A stretch of 64,000 bases of DNA from a virus. Taxonomy: Duplodnaviria; Caudoviricetes. Both the position numbers and the translations under genes were made by a program. The notes below the pieces were generated by a model that did no database searches, was not told the origin of the DNA, and was given only the letters and a program-made list of their open reading frames with translations. The stretch covers positions 64,001 through 128,000 of the IMG/VR virus record IMGVR_UViG_3300021514_000002; one strand, 5' to 3'. Positions 47,363-59,572 of this stretch are shown piece by piece. Every line of letters starts with the position of its first letter. Position 1 is the stretch's first letter.

Positions 47363-48118
47363 ATGTTAGGTAAATTTTTTAAACATTACGGTAAAAGTAA
47401 GATCCAACAGGGAATCCAATCATTAAATGATGCTATTGTATCATTTGATCCAGAAGGCGCTACAAGCGCAGCCATTGCTGAAATGGAAGAAAATTTTGAT
47501 TCTATTAATAAAGAATTTTCTAAAGCTAAACAAGAATGGGCACGTGAACAGAAAGAAGCAGATGAAATTGAAAAGCTTCGTGACCAACGCATGGCTGCAG
47601 CAGAACATATTTCTGGTCAATTAGAAGCCAGTCCAGACAATGCACAATTAGATGCTGCATTGACGCAATTGCTTGATTCGCTGGAAGAAATGGCCGACGA
47701 TATTACGCGCGAAGTTGAAGAAGCTGTTGACGCTAAAGAAGTTATGGATGAACTGGATTTAACTGTTAAGATGTATGCTGATAAGTTGAAGTCTGCACGT
47801 TCTGATATGAAGAAAGCAGCTAATTCAATGAAGAAAGCTCAACGTCAAGAAGAACGCGCTGAAGAAAAAGCCGCGCGTGCTGCACAACAAGCAGGTATTA
47901 CAAGTTCTGCTAATGGTTTATCATCCGCACTTGAATCTATGAACCGTCAAGCACAAGAAGCACAAGCCAATGCCGATGCCGCAAAACGCAAGGCTCAACT
48001 TTTAGGTAAGTCAGAAGTTGAAGAAAACGATGCTATTGCCGCAGCCATGGCCGCTGTTTCAGGCGAAGCACCAAAGCCAACGTCTGCAAAAGATCGTCTT
48101 GCTGCGCTTCGTAAGTAA
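47363..48118 (+). CDS. PspA/IM30-like coiled-coil protein
   Basis: Long Ala/Glu-rich coiled coil; DPEG...I.EME N-terminus; ends RLAALRK. Confidence 0.72.
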   Translation: MLGKFFKHYGKSKIQQGIQSLNDAIVSFDPEGATSAAIAEMEENFDSINKEFSKAKQEWAREQKEADEIEKLRDQRMAAAEHISGQLEASPDNAQLDAALTQLLDSLEEMADDITREVEEAVDAKEVMDELDLTVKMYADKLKSARSDMKKAANSMKKAQRQEERAEEKAARAAQQAGITSSANGLSSALESMNRQAQEAQANADAAKRKAQLLGKSEVEENDAIAAAMAAVSGEAPKPTSAKDRLAALRK

Positions 48119-48130
48119 GTAAAAACTGAT

Positions 48131-48158
48131 AAAAGGGAGGCACTATGCCTCCCTTTTT
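48131..48158 (+). terminator. Intrinsic terminator
   Basis: aaaagggaggca-cta-tgcctcccttttt. Confidence 0.85.
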
Positions 48159-48174
48159 ATTTCGAGGAAATAGA

Positions 48175-48465
48175 ATGGAACACTTTAATAAATTATCACC
48201 CAGTGAAGCAGAACGTCTTGCTATATTGCTTGAAGAAATGGGCGAAGCACAACAGGCCATTGGAAAGATATTACGCCATGGTTATGAAAGCACACATCCT
48301 GATGGTGGCGAAACCAATCGTGAAATGCTTGAAAGAGAATTAGGCGATGTTCACTACGCCGTTGTTAATCTTTATGTATGTAATGACATAAACGAAGTCG
48401 CTGTGCATGAAGCAGCTCGGGAAAAATCTGAAAACATAACGAAATATTTACATCACAATGAATAA
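48175..48465 (+). CDS. MazG-like nucleotide pyrophosphohydrolase
   Basis: LLEEMGEAQQAIGKILRHG...ERELGDV. Confidence 0.7.
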   Translation: MEHFNKLSPSEAERLAILLEEMGEAQQAIGKILRHGYESTHPDGGETNREMLERELGDVHYAVVNLYVCNDINEVAVHEAAREKSENITKYLHHNE

Positions 48466-48874
48466 AATTACAACCACTATCAAAGCTGCCTTCGCTAAAT
48501 ATTTTTATCCAATTACAGCTACGGTAAATTGGTTCAAAAGATTAAATTATATCGTTAATCATTACGATCAAGACAAGATTGAAATGATAGGTAAATTAGA
48601 ATATGCTGAATCAAACGCCGCTGAAGCAGTACAATTAATTAAAGAACGTACTAATATTCATGCTGATGTTGATGTTAAGTTAAATACTCCAACACAAGTT
48701 ATTGCCATTGGTCGTTACAGGAATCATGACTATATTCAGGTATTTTCTATACATGCTAATGACTTTAGTGAATTAGTACTTCGGCTAAAAAGCATGGAAA
48801 AATATGGCAATCTTCAACGCATTGATTCGCCTATTGAATTACGTGGTGTTTTTGAACGGGATGTTAGTTGGTAA
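48458..48874 (+). CDS. Hypothetical protein
   Basis: ORF coupled to the preceding gene. Confidence 0.65.
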   Translation: MNKITTTIKAAFAKYFYPITATVNWFKRLNYIVNHYDQDKIEMIGKLEYAESNAAEAVQLIKERTNIHADVDVKLNTPTQVIAIGRYRNHDYIQVFSIHANDFSELVLRLKSMEKYGNLQRIDSPIELRGVFERDVSW

Positions 48875-49788
48875 ATTATAACTTACTTGTTAATTTATCA
48901 ATAGTTGCTTGTTGTTCTTCAATCTTTCCTTCTTGCTGCAATAGAACGCTATTGACTTCAACTAATAATTTAATCGTCGGCGTATTAAGCTCTGAACTAA
49001 GCCCCATTATATGATTAGTTATTCTTTCTGAAATTTTATTAAGACTCATAAAGTTTAGAAACCTCATAACACCATTGACACTGACAAACTTCACCATCAT
49101 TATCATAATAAGCGCCTGATTTATCACCACATTGTGGACAGTTAGCAACGTCAAGTAAAGTTTTAGCTTCGTTAAGTTGTTCTGTTTGTTGCAGTAATGC
49201 TTTCTTTACTTCTTCATAGAAACCAACGTCTGCAAACTTACGTGTTGCCGTCGCGTATTCAATAAACGCATCCAAACCATTTAATACTTTATTCATTGTA
49301 TATTCTCCATAAATTTTATTCTTCTAAAGCCCATAGTAATCTGATTATTTCAACGGCTGCTTTACTTCTAGCGGTTGATTTACTAGGACACCCGCAATCG
49401 CATGGTTCCCATAAGAATTCATCCTTATTATCTTGTACAATTTCTACAATAGCTTTATGTATTTTAAGCTCTTGTTTAAGTTTAATATTTTCTAGTTCAA
49501 GATCTGATGGTTCAAAGTAATCATCAAATGTTGGAATTTTTGGCCATTTCTGTTTATCATTTTCCATATTATAACACATCCCAGAAAGTAATCCACCAAG
49601 CTGTTCGTTGGCTTCCTTTCTTAAAATGTATTAATCCATCTTTATAATACATTTGCATTGGTGGTTCAAATGGCCGTTTACTGTTTGCTATTTTTACAGC
49701 AACAACAACTTTATTAATTAAGGTTAATATTACCATCAAAGACATGAAAATTGCAAATATTGCAATAACATTTTCACCATTTAATATT

Positions 49789-50238
49789 TTATCCATTATA
49801 TATCTCCCATGCTGCAGTAATAATCGCATCTTCTCTGGAGATTTTTGATATTACACATCCTGATACATTATCCAAGACATTAGCTTTATAATTAACGACC
49901 CATGTATTGTCCATAGGGAGTTCATTCTGTTCAATTTCAATATATTTAAATAAATCAAATAACTTTAATAATTGATCATTGTTTGTATAGGGATCTGGCA
50001 TTGATTCAAGGCAATAAGTGTAATGACCAAAAACTCTTGGTTCATTTGTCTCAACAAATACATCTATATCGCATACACATTCTCTTAGATACACAGGCCA
50101 AAGAATCGTGCGTTTATCTTCTTTCTGCCATGGATCAATTACTATTTGCCCAGATTCAAAATCTGGCGAACATAATGCAGTACCAAGTATTTGTAATCCT
50201 TGTGCTGTATAAATTGTTTTAAGTTTATCTATTTGCAT
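49789..50238 (-). CDS. Hypothetical protein
   Basis: ORF in a run of small minus-strand genes. Confidence 0.6.
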   Translation of the reverse strand: MQIDKLKTIYTAQGLQILGTALCSPDFESGQIVIDPWQKEDKRTILWPVYLRECVCDIDVFVETNEPRVFGHYTYCLESMPDPYTNNDQLLKLFDLFKYIEIEQNELPMDNTWVVNYKANVLDNVSGCVISKISREDAIITAAWEIYNG

Positions 50239-51056
50239 ATTGTTATCTAATAGTTTAATTTTTCCGCAAGAGTTTTAGCATATTCAATTTGTTGTTCAAT
50301 GTCTTCAAAGTCACCATTAACGTAAAGACGGACATCGTGCGTGAAGTCTTCTGATCCAATAAAAACTTCACCGCGCTCAGAACCAACTTCCCATTCTTTT
50401 GTTTCATTTCTTTTCTTATTCATTTTTAACCCTTGCTATTTTCTCAAACATTTCTAGGCCACAATTTTGGCACAGGTCAACTTCAACTGTATTCATATCA
50501 CCCCATACTGAACTGTAACCACCTGTAAAGTCTATATGAATAAACTCTTGTATATTCATAATATCATCATATACTTTTTTACATTTATCACATTCGATGG
50601 AAGTTATTTGTTTATATGTAGTTGGAACATCTTTAGTGTGTATCATAATGTTTAATTCCCCTCTTCCATATCTAACATTATTCTAATGTAAATATATACA
50701 ATTACTACTACCCCTGTTGGCACTATAGATATAAGTACAAGTGACACCGGCATCTCATTCCACATATGAAGAACTACCCCATCGGCTCTACTAAAGTATA
50801 ATAGTGTTGTTAAAAATACACCAAGACATAATATGATAAGGATATCAACGCGTTTCATCTTCAATCCTGAAGTTTGCACGACCATTTTCTACAATATCAT
50901 CGACGAAATCTAAACACATGTCAATTTCTTCTGGTGTGGCATCATATAAATCATCTGAATATCTAATCACCTCACGATCAATATATCCTTTATCAACATA
51001 ATGTAGTGCTATCTTTTTTAATTCTGCTTCGGTCATAATTATTATTCCTAAAAAGA

Positions 51057-51144
51057 TGACAAGATGTCGGTGGCTTGGTGGTAATCCTGCAAGTACAAGC
51101 CCGTTAATGCTTCCATCTTGTGCTAGGATGCCAACATCTTGTCA
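51057..51144 (-). ncRNA. Rod-like hairpin RNA
   Basis: 14-bp terminal stem TGACAAGATGTTGG/CCGACATCTTGTCA plus inner stems TCCT/AGGA and AGCACAAG/CTTGTACT; strand uncertain. Confidence 0.5.
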
Positions 51145-51148
51145 AAAC

Positions 51149-51272
51149 TGGCGGACGGGTAGGACGTTACCCCTACTGCTCTCTTTCTACTGAATCCGAT
51201 TCCCCGCTTAAGTTCAGGGTTCGCGCGATGGACTTGCCCTCGCTGCATGTCTAACTTTCCACACTGCCGTCC
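51149..51272 (-). ncRNA. Oversized tRNA-like RNA ending in CCA
   Basis: GGACGG...GTAGG-GGTAACGT-CCTAC-CCGTCC-G-CCA. Confidence 0.65.
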
Positions 51273-51771
51273 ATAAAATATTTTATATCTTACCATACTA
51301 TTAACTACCGTGTCAACTACAATAGTTCTTGACAATTAGGTTATGATTTGATATAGTAAGGCTGTGAAATAAACATTGAATTAAAACGTAAAGGTCTTAA
51401 ACAACATATGCATATTAACACTATACTAACAGATAGAACTAATCTTAACAATTATTTGTTCATATCTTTAATCGTGATGAATATTTTTGATTTTATTACA
51501 ACCTATATAGGTATTATGTATTTTGGTGCAAGAGAAGTGAATCTTGTTATGGCTACAGCCATTGAACTAGTCGGCACAGTATGGGCAATCTTTGGGGGTG
51601 AAGGCATTGGTTTTTGGATATATCTATTATCATTATTACCATACAGTCAAAGGAAAGACGTTATGGGTAACTCCAAGAACAACGTGGTTCCTTGTTGGAT
51701 TTAATATAATGTTTTTAGGTGTGGTTATCAATAACCTTGTTCGTATTTCGATGAAAATGTAAGGAAATAAA

Positions 51772-52023
51772 ATGGATAACGGAAAATATATTGTATTAAA
51801 CAGTAATAACATCATCATCTTTGATGCTACTTTGTCGCATAAAGAAGTTGCGGCAGGTTTTACTAATAGTGAAGTTACATCTGCAGGTTTCATTGTGACT
51901 GATGTTGACAGCGATGGCGAAGTGCGTGTTCAATGTTTCGGTAAAAGTGTTACGTTAGGTGGGATACCTTCTGATCCAGAAAACGATACCAGCCTTGCTA
52001 AGTATGCAATTGGTCGGTATTAA
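51772..52023 (+). CDS. Hypothetical protein
   Basis: AAGGA RBS; clean ORF. Confidence 0.65.
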   Translation: MDNGKYIVLNSNNIIIFDATLSHKEVAAGFTNSEVTSAGFIVTDVDSDGEVRVQCFGKSVTLGGIPSDPENDTSLAKYAIGRY

Positions 52024-52334
52024 TACAATCCTTCGCTAAATAATTCGGTGTCACTACCATTACGATCAGCATTAAAAGGTTGGCCCGATTCTTTAACAAC
52101 TTGAAGGGCTTCTTCCCTTGTCAAAAACTCACCAAATTGATTAATGAATTCTTGTTCCCAACGTTCATTTTTTCTTAATGGTTTGAATTCTTCATCCATG
52201 TGTTGAATTTGGTTGCGCATAACACTATCAAAATGTCTTGCACCGCAAAGAATCACGTCATTAAAACGATTCGCAGCACATACAACAATTTGTTGTGGTT
52301 TTATAAGCCCATTATCTGTCCAGTAATCACCCAT
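52020..52334 (-). CDS. Conserved-type phage hypothetical protein
   Basis: IVVCAANR...GARHFD...FINQFGEFLTREEA...LFSEGLY. Confidence 0.7.
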   Translation of the reverse strand: MGDYWTDNGLIKPQQIVVCAANRFNDVILCGARHFDSVMRNQIQHMDEEFKPLRKNERWEQEFINQFGEFLTREEALQVVKESGQPFNADRNGSDTELFSEGLY

Positions 52335-53589
52335 TAAATTTGTTTCATCGTTTTAGTTGACCATGCCTGTGCTAAAGCATTTACCTCATTTCCTAAAATC
52401 CATTGACCTGTTTCCACAAAAAACCAAGTACTGAAAAGTAAGGTTTTGCGTATTTCTACGGTTCGTTTCTTTTTCCACCAGAATATACCAGTTTCAATGT
52501 CGATTGTAGCATGGAATACTTCATTACCAACATTATTCTTTGTAATGGCTGTTAATTCAAAATTACTAATTTTCATACTGCTTCCCTACTACCAAGTTAA
52601 TGTGCTAATCCAAATCTTAGCATCTTGGCCTGTGATTTCCTTAAATGTTTCTTTTAATCTATCAATTTCCCCTTGATTCCATTGAAATGGATTGGGCTTG
52701 TCTGTGCCACTAGTAGCATAGAAAAAACCTATAACAGCAAGTGGATCGTTACGACCTTCGTGATAAGGTGCACACATTTGTAATTCTTCATCTTCAACCA
52801 ATTCGTCTACGTCTACGTTTTTAAAATCCATACGATGCAATCCTACCATGATGGCAGCTTGGTAATCAACTTTCATTATTTAATTCCTGTACTTTGTTTT
52901 AGTAATTCGTATGCCAATGTTTCCAATGCAGTCCATTCTTCCATTCCAACCTCAACTAATAATCCTTTAAGTTCAAGATCATTAATGGCTTGCCTGATTA
53001 AGGTTGGATCAAAGACACCAGATAGTTCTGATGGTGTTTCACTTTTTAACACTGTTCGCATTTGTTTTGTTATTTCGGCCATGCTTATTTTCCTTAACCC
53101 TGTTGATACCCGGTGATACTATAAGTAGGCAATATCCAATAATTCCATTCAAATGCTTCGTATTTACCTTTACGGTCGCGACGCCGGAACCAAACAGTTG
53201 CAGTTTCATCGGGTTCCATTGTTGGAAATATTACTTTAATGCCACCTGCGCGCAGTTCTAATACTTCTGCTTCTTCACCGCGACACAATTTACCATCTTG
53301 GAATACCCAGATTATATCACCTTTCTTCATGTTATTACCTATTAAGTTAATAAGTCAATGGATATTTCATCCGCGACTTCTGGTACGTGTTGCTCTTCTT
53401 CAAATTCAATTTGTGAAGTATTACATGCACCTGTTGATTCCAAGAAACGTTTGATGGTATAATCGTCCCCGCGAAAGCGGACACGATTGCCCACTGTTAC
53501 TATTTTACCTGTACTATCATAATGCATTGTATTATCCTTATGTTTCTTTGAAAGTGTAGCTTAACACAACTTAAATCATAAATCAACCC

Positions 53590-53618
53590 TTGACTTTGCA
53601 ACCTAATTTTATTATAGT
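53590..53618 (+). promoter_or_regulatory. sigma70-type promoter
   Basis: TTGACT-N17-TATAGT. Confidence 0.7.
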
Positions 53619-53648
53619 GTGTACCTTAAATAAAAAAGAGGAAATAAC

Positions 53649-53900
53649 ATGGGATTTTGGAAATCATTAGGATATTCAATATCACTAATTATAGGTTTAC
53701 TATTAGTGGTATTTGACTATTTTTTAGTAACGCCAATGAAGGCAAGCACGGCGGTGCTACAACTTGAAGATTCAGCCGCCTTATATGCTATTGGTGAAAA
53801 GGCTGCTACGTCAAATGTAAGTACTGTCATCTTTGTGGTTGGCTTACTATTGATTACAGGAAGTGTATATAAACTATTAACAGGAAAAATCAAAAAATGA
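53649..53900 (+). CDS. Two-helix membrane protein coupled to the SPFH gene
   Basis: Two hydrophobic segments; ATGA overlap. Confidence 0.7.
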   Translation: MGFWKSLGYSISLIIGLLLVVFDYFLVTPMKASTAVLQLEDSAALYAIGEKAATSNVSTVIFVVGLLLITGSVYKLLTGKIKK

Positions 53901-54916
53901 AAACATCAACAAAACTATTATCAATGCTGGTACCAATCGCCCTATTAACAGGTTGTCTTGGACCAGCAGAACTTCCAGTTACGGAAGAGATTAAACCAAA
54001 CGAAACGGCTTTCGTGATACCCTTAGAAGGTGCGTCAAAGTCTGGCCAAGGTAAATTTGATTCAGTAGATTTCTTACAAGAAAAGAAAGTTGCTGCCAAA
54101 CGCATCTATATTCCACTTAAAAAGATTTCCACTGGTAGAATGTGGTGGAGTTATAGATGGATTCCAACAGTACGTGTTATTAAAGTTGACCGCGCCCCTG
54201 TTACTTTAGTATGGGAAGACGATAACGCGATTAAAGTAGAATCAAGAGATTCTATTGGTTTTGGTGTAGGTCTAAATATTACCGCCATGGTTAAAGAATC
54301 TGATACTGCCAAATTCTTATATTACTATCCGTCAGGTGATCTTGATATCGTTCTTGCTAATATTGTTCGTTCTAAATCTACCGAATTATTAGGTAATAAG
54401 TTCGCTAAATATGACCTTGAAGGTGGTGAGATTACAGATCCTGAAACAGGCAAAAAAGTACTTGTTGAAGGTGCACGTCAAAAGAAAGGTGAAGTTGTCT
54501 CCGAAACTAAGGTAGCGTTAATTGAATACTTTGTTGAAACTGGTGTTACTATTTCTACTTTTGGTTTAGTTGGTGGACTGTCTTATGAAGATAATGAAAT
54601 TCAGATAGCAATTAATAAAAACTTCAAGTCTGAATTGGATATTAAGAACAAGGCGAATATTCGTCTGGGACAGGAAGAAACTAATGCCAATTTGATTGCT
54701 ATTGCCACCGCTGAAAAAGAGGCGGCTAACCAGTTTAAACTTGCCGCAGAGGCGCGTACTAAACAGGTTCGTTTAGAAATTGAACGTATGGCAGCAGAAG
54801 CTGATCTTGCTCGCGCTAAACGATGGGATGGTAAGCTACCAGATGATATGTTGATGTTACCAGCAGGCGCAGATCCTGGATTCATATTGAATTTGAAAGG
54901 CAAACCTGCCAAGTAA
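53897..54916 (+). CDS. SPFH/Band 7-like lipoprotein
   Basis: Lipobox LLTGC; C-terminal AE-rich coiled coil and WDGKLP. Confidence 0.8.
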   Translation: MKTSTKLLSMLVPIALLTGCLGPAELPVTEEIKPNETAFVIPLEGASKSGQGKFDSVDFLQEKKVAAKRIYIPLKKISTGRMWWSYRWIPTVRVIKVDRAPVTLVWEDDNAIKVESRDSIGFGVGLNITAMVKESDTAKFLYYYPSGDLDIVLANIVRSKSTELLGNKFAKYDLEGGEITDPETGKKVLVEGARQKKGEVVSETKVALIEYFVETGVTISTFGLVGGLSYEDNEIQIAINKNFKSELDIKNKANIRLGQEETNANLIAIATAEKEAANQFKLAAEARTKQVRLEIERMAAEADLARAKRWDGKLPDDMLMLPAGADPGFILNLKGKPAK

Positions 54917-54935
54917 TCTTATCCTTAATAACCAT

Positions 54936-54968
54936 AAAAAAAGGGTGCCTTTAAAGGCACCCTTTTTT
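54936..54968 (+). terminator. Intrinsic terminator
   Basis: Perfect palindrome gggtgccttt/aaaggcaccc flanked by A and T runs. Confidence 0.88.
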
Positions 54969-55029
54969 ATTGCTTGACAATTAGGTTACAATTTGTTATA
55001 GTGTATACATCTTAACAAATGAGGTAAAA

Positions 55030-55440
55030 ATGATGCAATTAACTATTATCGGATACCGTCCTAATAACAACGAATATGCTTGTGGTTGTCATGTAGGATC
55101 TTCTGACTCAGATTTTCAAATCAATTACCCAAAAAGTAAAGTTTCTGCAATTAAAGATCTTGCAAATATTTTATTTGATGACATGTGCGGTGACTGTGAT
55201 GATGCGCCATATGAAATTACTATTTTAATTGATGGCATCGAACCTTCTAACAAAGAACAAATGGATATTGTTGAAAATGTTATGGAACAAGCTAAAATTC
55301 GTGCAAATGAATTATTTACCGAACATCAACGAAAAAATGATGAATATAACCGACGCATTAAGGAAGAAGAAGCTAAGAAACAGCGCGAACGGGATCTTAA
55401 ACAGTTAGCTGAACTTAAAGCTAAATTAGAGGTTGAATAA
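55030..55440 (+). CDS. Hypothetical protein
   Basis: GAGG RBS; promoter upstream. Confidence 0.7.
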   Translation: MMQLTIIGYRPNNNEYACGCHVGSSDSDFQINYPKSKVSAIKDLANILFDDMCGDCDDAPYEITILIDGIEPSNKEQMDIVENVMEQAKIRANELFTEHQRKNDEYNRRIKEEEAKKQRERDLKQLAELKAKLEVE

Positions 55441-56021
55441 TGGGCAAAATTAAATCCACTGAACATACAACAAAACGAATCATAGCCATGGTAGAATCTG
55501 GGGAGTATGATCCTGCTGTCATTCAACATATGATCGATTCTATTATAGTGAATCGGGATCAGCGCATTCAACAATTGAAAAAGAAAATACAACCAAAAGA
55601 ATTTAATATGTCCATAAAGATTGTCACTGGAGCATTGCGAGCATGTATTAATGATCATGGTCCAATTTCATCAAAGTGGATTGGTTCCGCAGCTAAGCGA
55701 ATTTATGGCAATTGTCAGCAAGCTGTCAATGAATCCATTCCCGTGGTAAGAATAGATAACCCTGCGGTTAGTGTTGTCTACGATCAGACTACTACCCATA
55801 AATTGACAGTGGCACGAGATGGTAATATCAGGATTAAAATAGCTAAAGGGTCTTCTGATGCGGTAGGTGATTATATTATTGACGCATTAAAAAAGGTAGC
55901 AGAAAAAGCCCTTGAGTTAGACATGGGTACGTTACGTGGTAGTGTTGATAAGAGCGATTTACATAATAAAATCACTCTTTACACTAATTCAAAAAAAGAA
56001 TATGTTACGTTCACTTATTAA
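55440..56021 (+). CDS. Hypothetical protein
   Basis: Coupled ORF. Confidence 0.65.
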   Translation: MGKIKSTEHTTKRIIAMVESGEYDPAVIQHMIDSIIVNRDQRIQQLKKKIQPKEFNMSIKIVTGALRACINDHGPISSKWIGSAAKRIYGNCQQAVNESIPVVRIDNPAVSVVYDQTTTHKLTVARDGNIRIKIAKGSSDAVGDYIIDALKKVAEKALELDMGTLRGSVDKSDLHNKITLYTNSKKEYVTFTY

Positions 56022-56084
56022 ATCCTTGACTTTGTAACCTAATTCGGGCATAATATACACATCTTAACGATAAAGGAAAAGACA

Positions 56085-56738
56085 ATGTTTGATGAAAAAG
56101 AAGAGAAACATGAAAGCTTTGGTATGATGGGATTTTCCCGTGTTCAATGTTCTGGTGATGGTCAGGTTCTACATGGTTCTGATTTGAAACATAACACCAT
56201 AATCCGCATGACTCTTTCCCATGGTACAAAGAAACGTGGTCTGTCACATGACTGGTATCATGCAGAAGACACAATCGTAGAAGTTGAAATGTCACAGAAT
56301 CAATTTTCTGAAATGATTACTTCTATGAACATGGGTTCTGGTATTCCTGTGACCTTGAACTATACAGAAAAGGATGGTCGTTTAGAATCCCCTGAATTTG
56401 TTTCTGTTGTAGAAATCCATGAAAATGAATTTAAACAACAGACCAAAGATACTGTCAAGGATATGGAAGACTTGCTTACTGCCATGAAAGATCTCTTATC
56501 AGGTTCTGGTACTGTCAAGAAAGCAGACCGTGAAACCATGATTAATCAGGCAGAAAAAGTTGTCCGTGAAATCGGTTCTAACATGCCTTATATGGAAAAA
56601 TGTTTCGCTGAATCCATGGACAAAGTTGTTACTGATGCCAAGGGTAATATCGAAGCATTCTATCAACATCGTGTTATTGCCGCAGGACTTGAAGCCTTAG
56701 AAAATGGCAATGAACCTAAGTTAATCGAAAAAAACTAA
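56085..56738 (+). CDS. Conserved-type phage hypothetical protein
   Basis: AAGGA RBS; TTGACT promoter upstream. Confidence 0.75.
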   Translation: MFDEKEEKHESFGMMGFSRVQCSGDGQVLHGSDLKHNTIIRMTLSHGTKKRGLSHDWYHAEDTIVEVEMSQNQFSEMITSMNMGSGIPVTLNYTEKDGRLESPEFVSVVEIHENEFKQQTKDTVKDMEDLLTAMKDLLSGSGTVKKADRETMINQAEKVVREIGSNMPYMEKCFAESMDKVVTDAKGNIEAFYQHRVIAAGLEALENGNEPKLIEKN

Positions 56739-57084
56739 CATGTATAGTATATTATCTTATATCGCCATCTTCATAGTAATAACGATAGGTATATTACTAC
56801 GTCGCAGGAAAACCCGCGTGCGCAAAATTATAGTTGCATCTTTCAATGAAATACTATATAATAGATCTAGCGTAAAATTGTTTCTTCAAGGTAAACTCAA
56901 ACAACCCGATGGAAATATCACATTGGATGAGTTCTATGAACAATGTAAGAAGAATAATATTGAAGAATATATGCCAATGGATAACGAAAACAAGAAATAT
57001 GTTAATAGTATACTATATCAACATCTTACTGGAAAGATGTTAATTAAAAAAGAATAATCTAAAAAATAATAATTAATAATTTAA

Positions 57085-58722
<1,638 letters not shown>

Positions 58723-59042
58723 CACAGGTATAAACGGGAATAGACAATGGACACGATGACAACAAATGCAGCCAAGATTTTATTGGCAGCAAATTACAAA
58801 GGTGCGGAATACTTAGGTATGGATGGTTATATGAACCCGTGCATCTACGTAGGCCGCGAGCCAATTGTCATTGAAGCTTTATACGATACTGCCGAAGGCA
58901 ACGAACAGGCTGATGTTATTGAAAATTGGTTAAAAACTAACTGTTATCAACTATGGTCAGATATGATGCCAGACAGCGGTACTCGTATTGAATGGCTTAA
59001 ACTTTGTTTGGAACAGTTAAAATTTACAGTGCATGATTAATT

Positions 59043-59324
59043 ATGAATAACGTTAACGCCCAAAACTACTGCGATGATCCACCTGATATCGAAGCTTGGT
59101 TTGATAAAGGCATAGAACAAGGTGCAACGCACATGTTTGTGGTGTGTGAAAACGTAAACATTAGTCCTGTTTATACAATACCCCCTAACGACATTAGTCC
59201 TGTCTATGTAATACCCCCTACCGATTTTCATCGTATTGAACAACTATGTTGTATTGCTGGACATATTATGAATCTATATGACCTTTCACGACCATTTAAA
59301 GAACAGAAAGGAAATTATGAATAG
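59043..59324 (+). CDS. Hypothetical protein with an internal 11-aa duplication
   Basis: NISPVYTIPPN / DISPVYVIPPT. Confidence 0.6.
   Translation: MNNVNAQNYCDDPPDIEAWFDKGIEQGATHMFVVCENVNISPVYTIPPNDISPVYVIPPTDFHRIEQLCCIAGHIMNLYDLSRPFKEQKGNYE
59158..59223 (+). repeat. 33-bp tandem duplication
   Basis: acattagtcctgtttatacaataccccctaacg / acattagtcctgtctatgtaataccccctaccg. Confidence 0.9.
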
Positions 59325-59572
59325 TATTGAAGATTGTTTAAATTGTTTGGTTGAGACTTTTAGTGAATGCCACGATGTCAGGTGTGTTCCCAGTGTACTT
59401 ATAGGTGGTGGGTTTGTATATCGTGTAACTGTTACTAATTTGCCCAACGCAAATGTTTATTCTTGTAGAGATACGTCATATTTAAAAGCGTTCATTGGTG
59501 TCATTGGTAAAATTAAATTAGATGTAGACATGTCCACATGTCGGACTTCAAAAGATGTTTAAATAAATTTAC

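Noticed and set aside
51123-51335. 70-aa ORF from the track
   Set aside because: Non-ATG start, no clear RBS, and it fully overlaps a CCA-ending structured RNA that explains the GC-rich sequence better.
59158-59223. 33-bp duplication as a regulatory or diversity-generating element
   Set aside because: A simple in-frame two-copy duplication with no reverse transcriptase or adenine-specific variation pattern.
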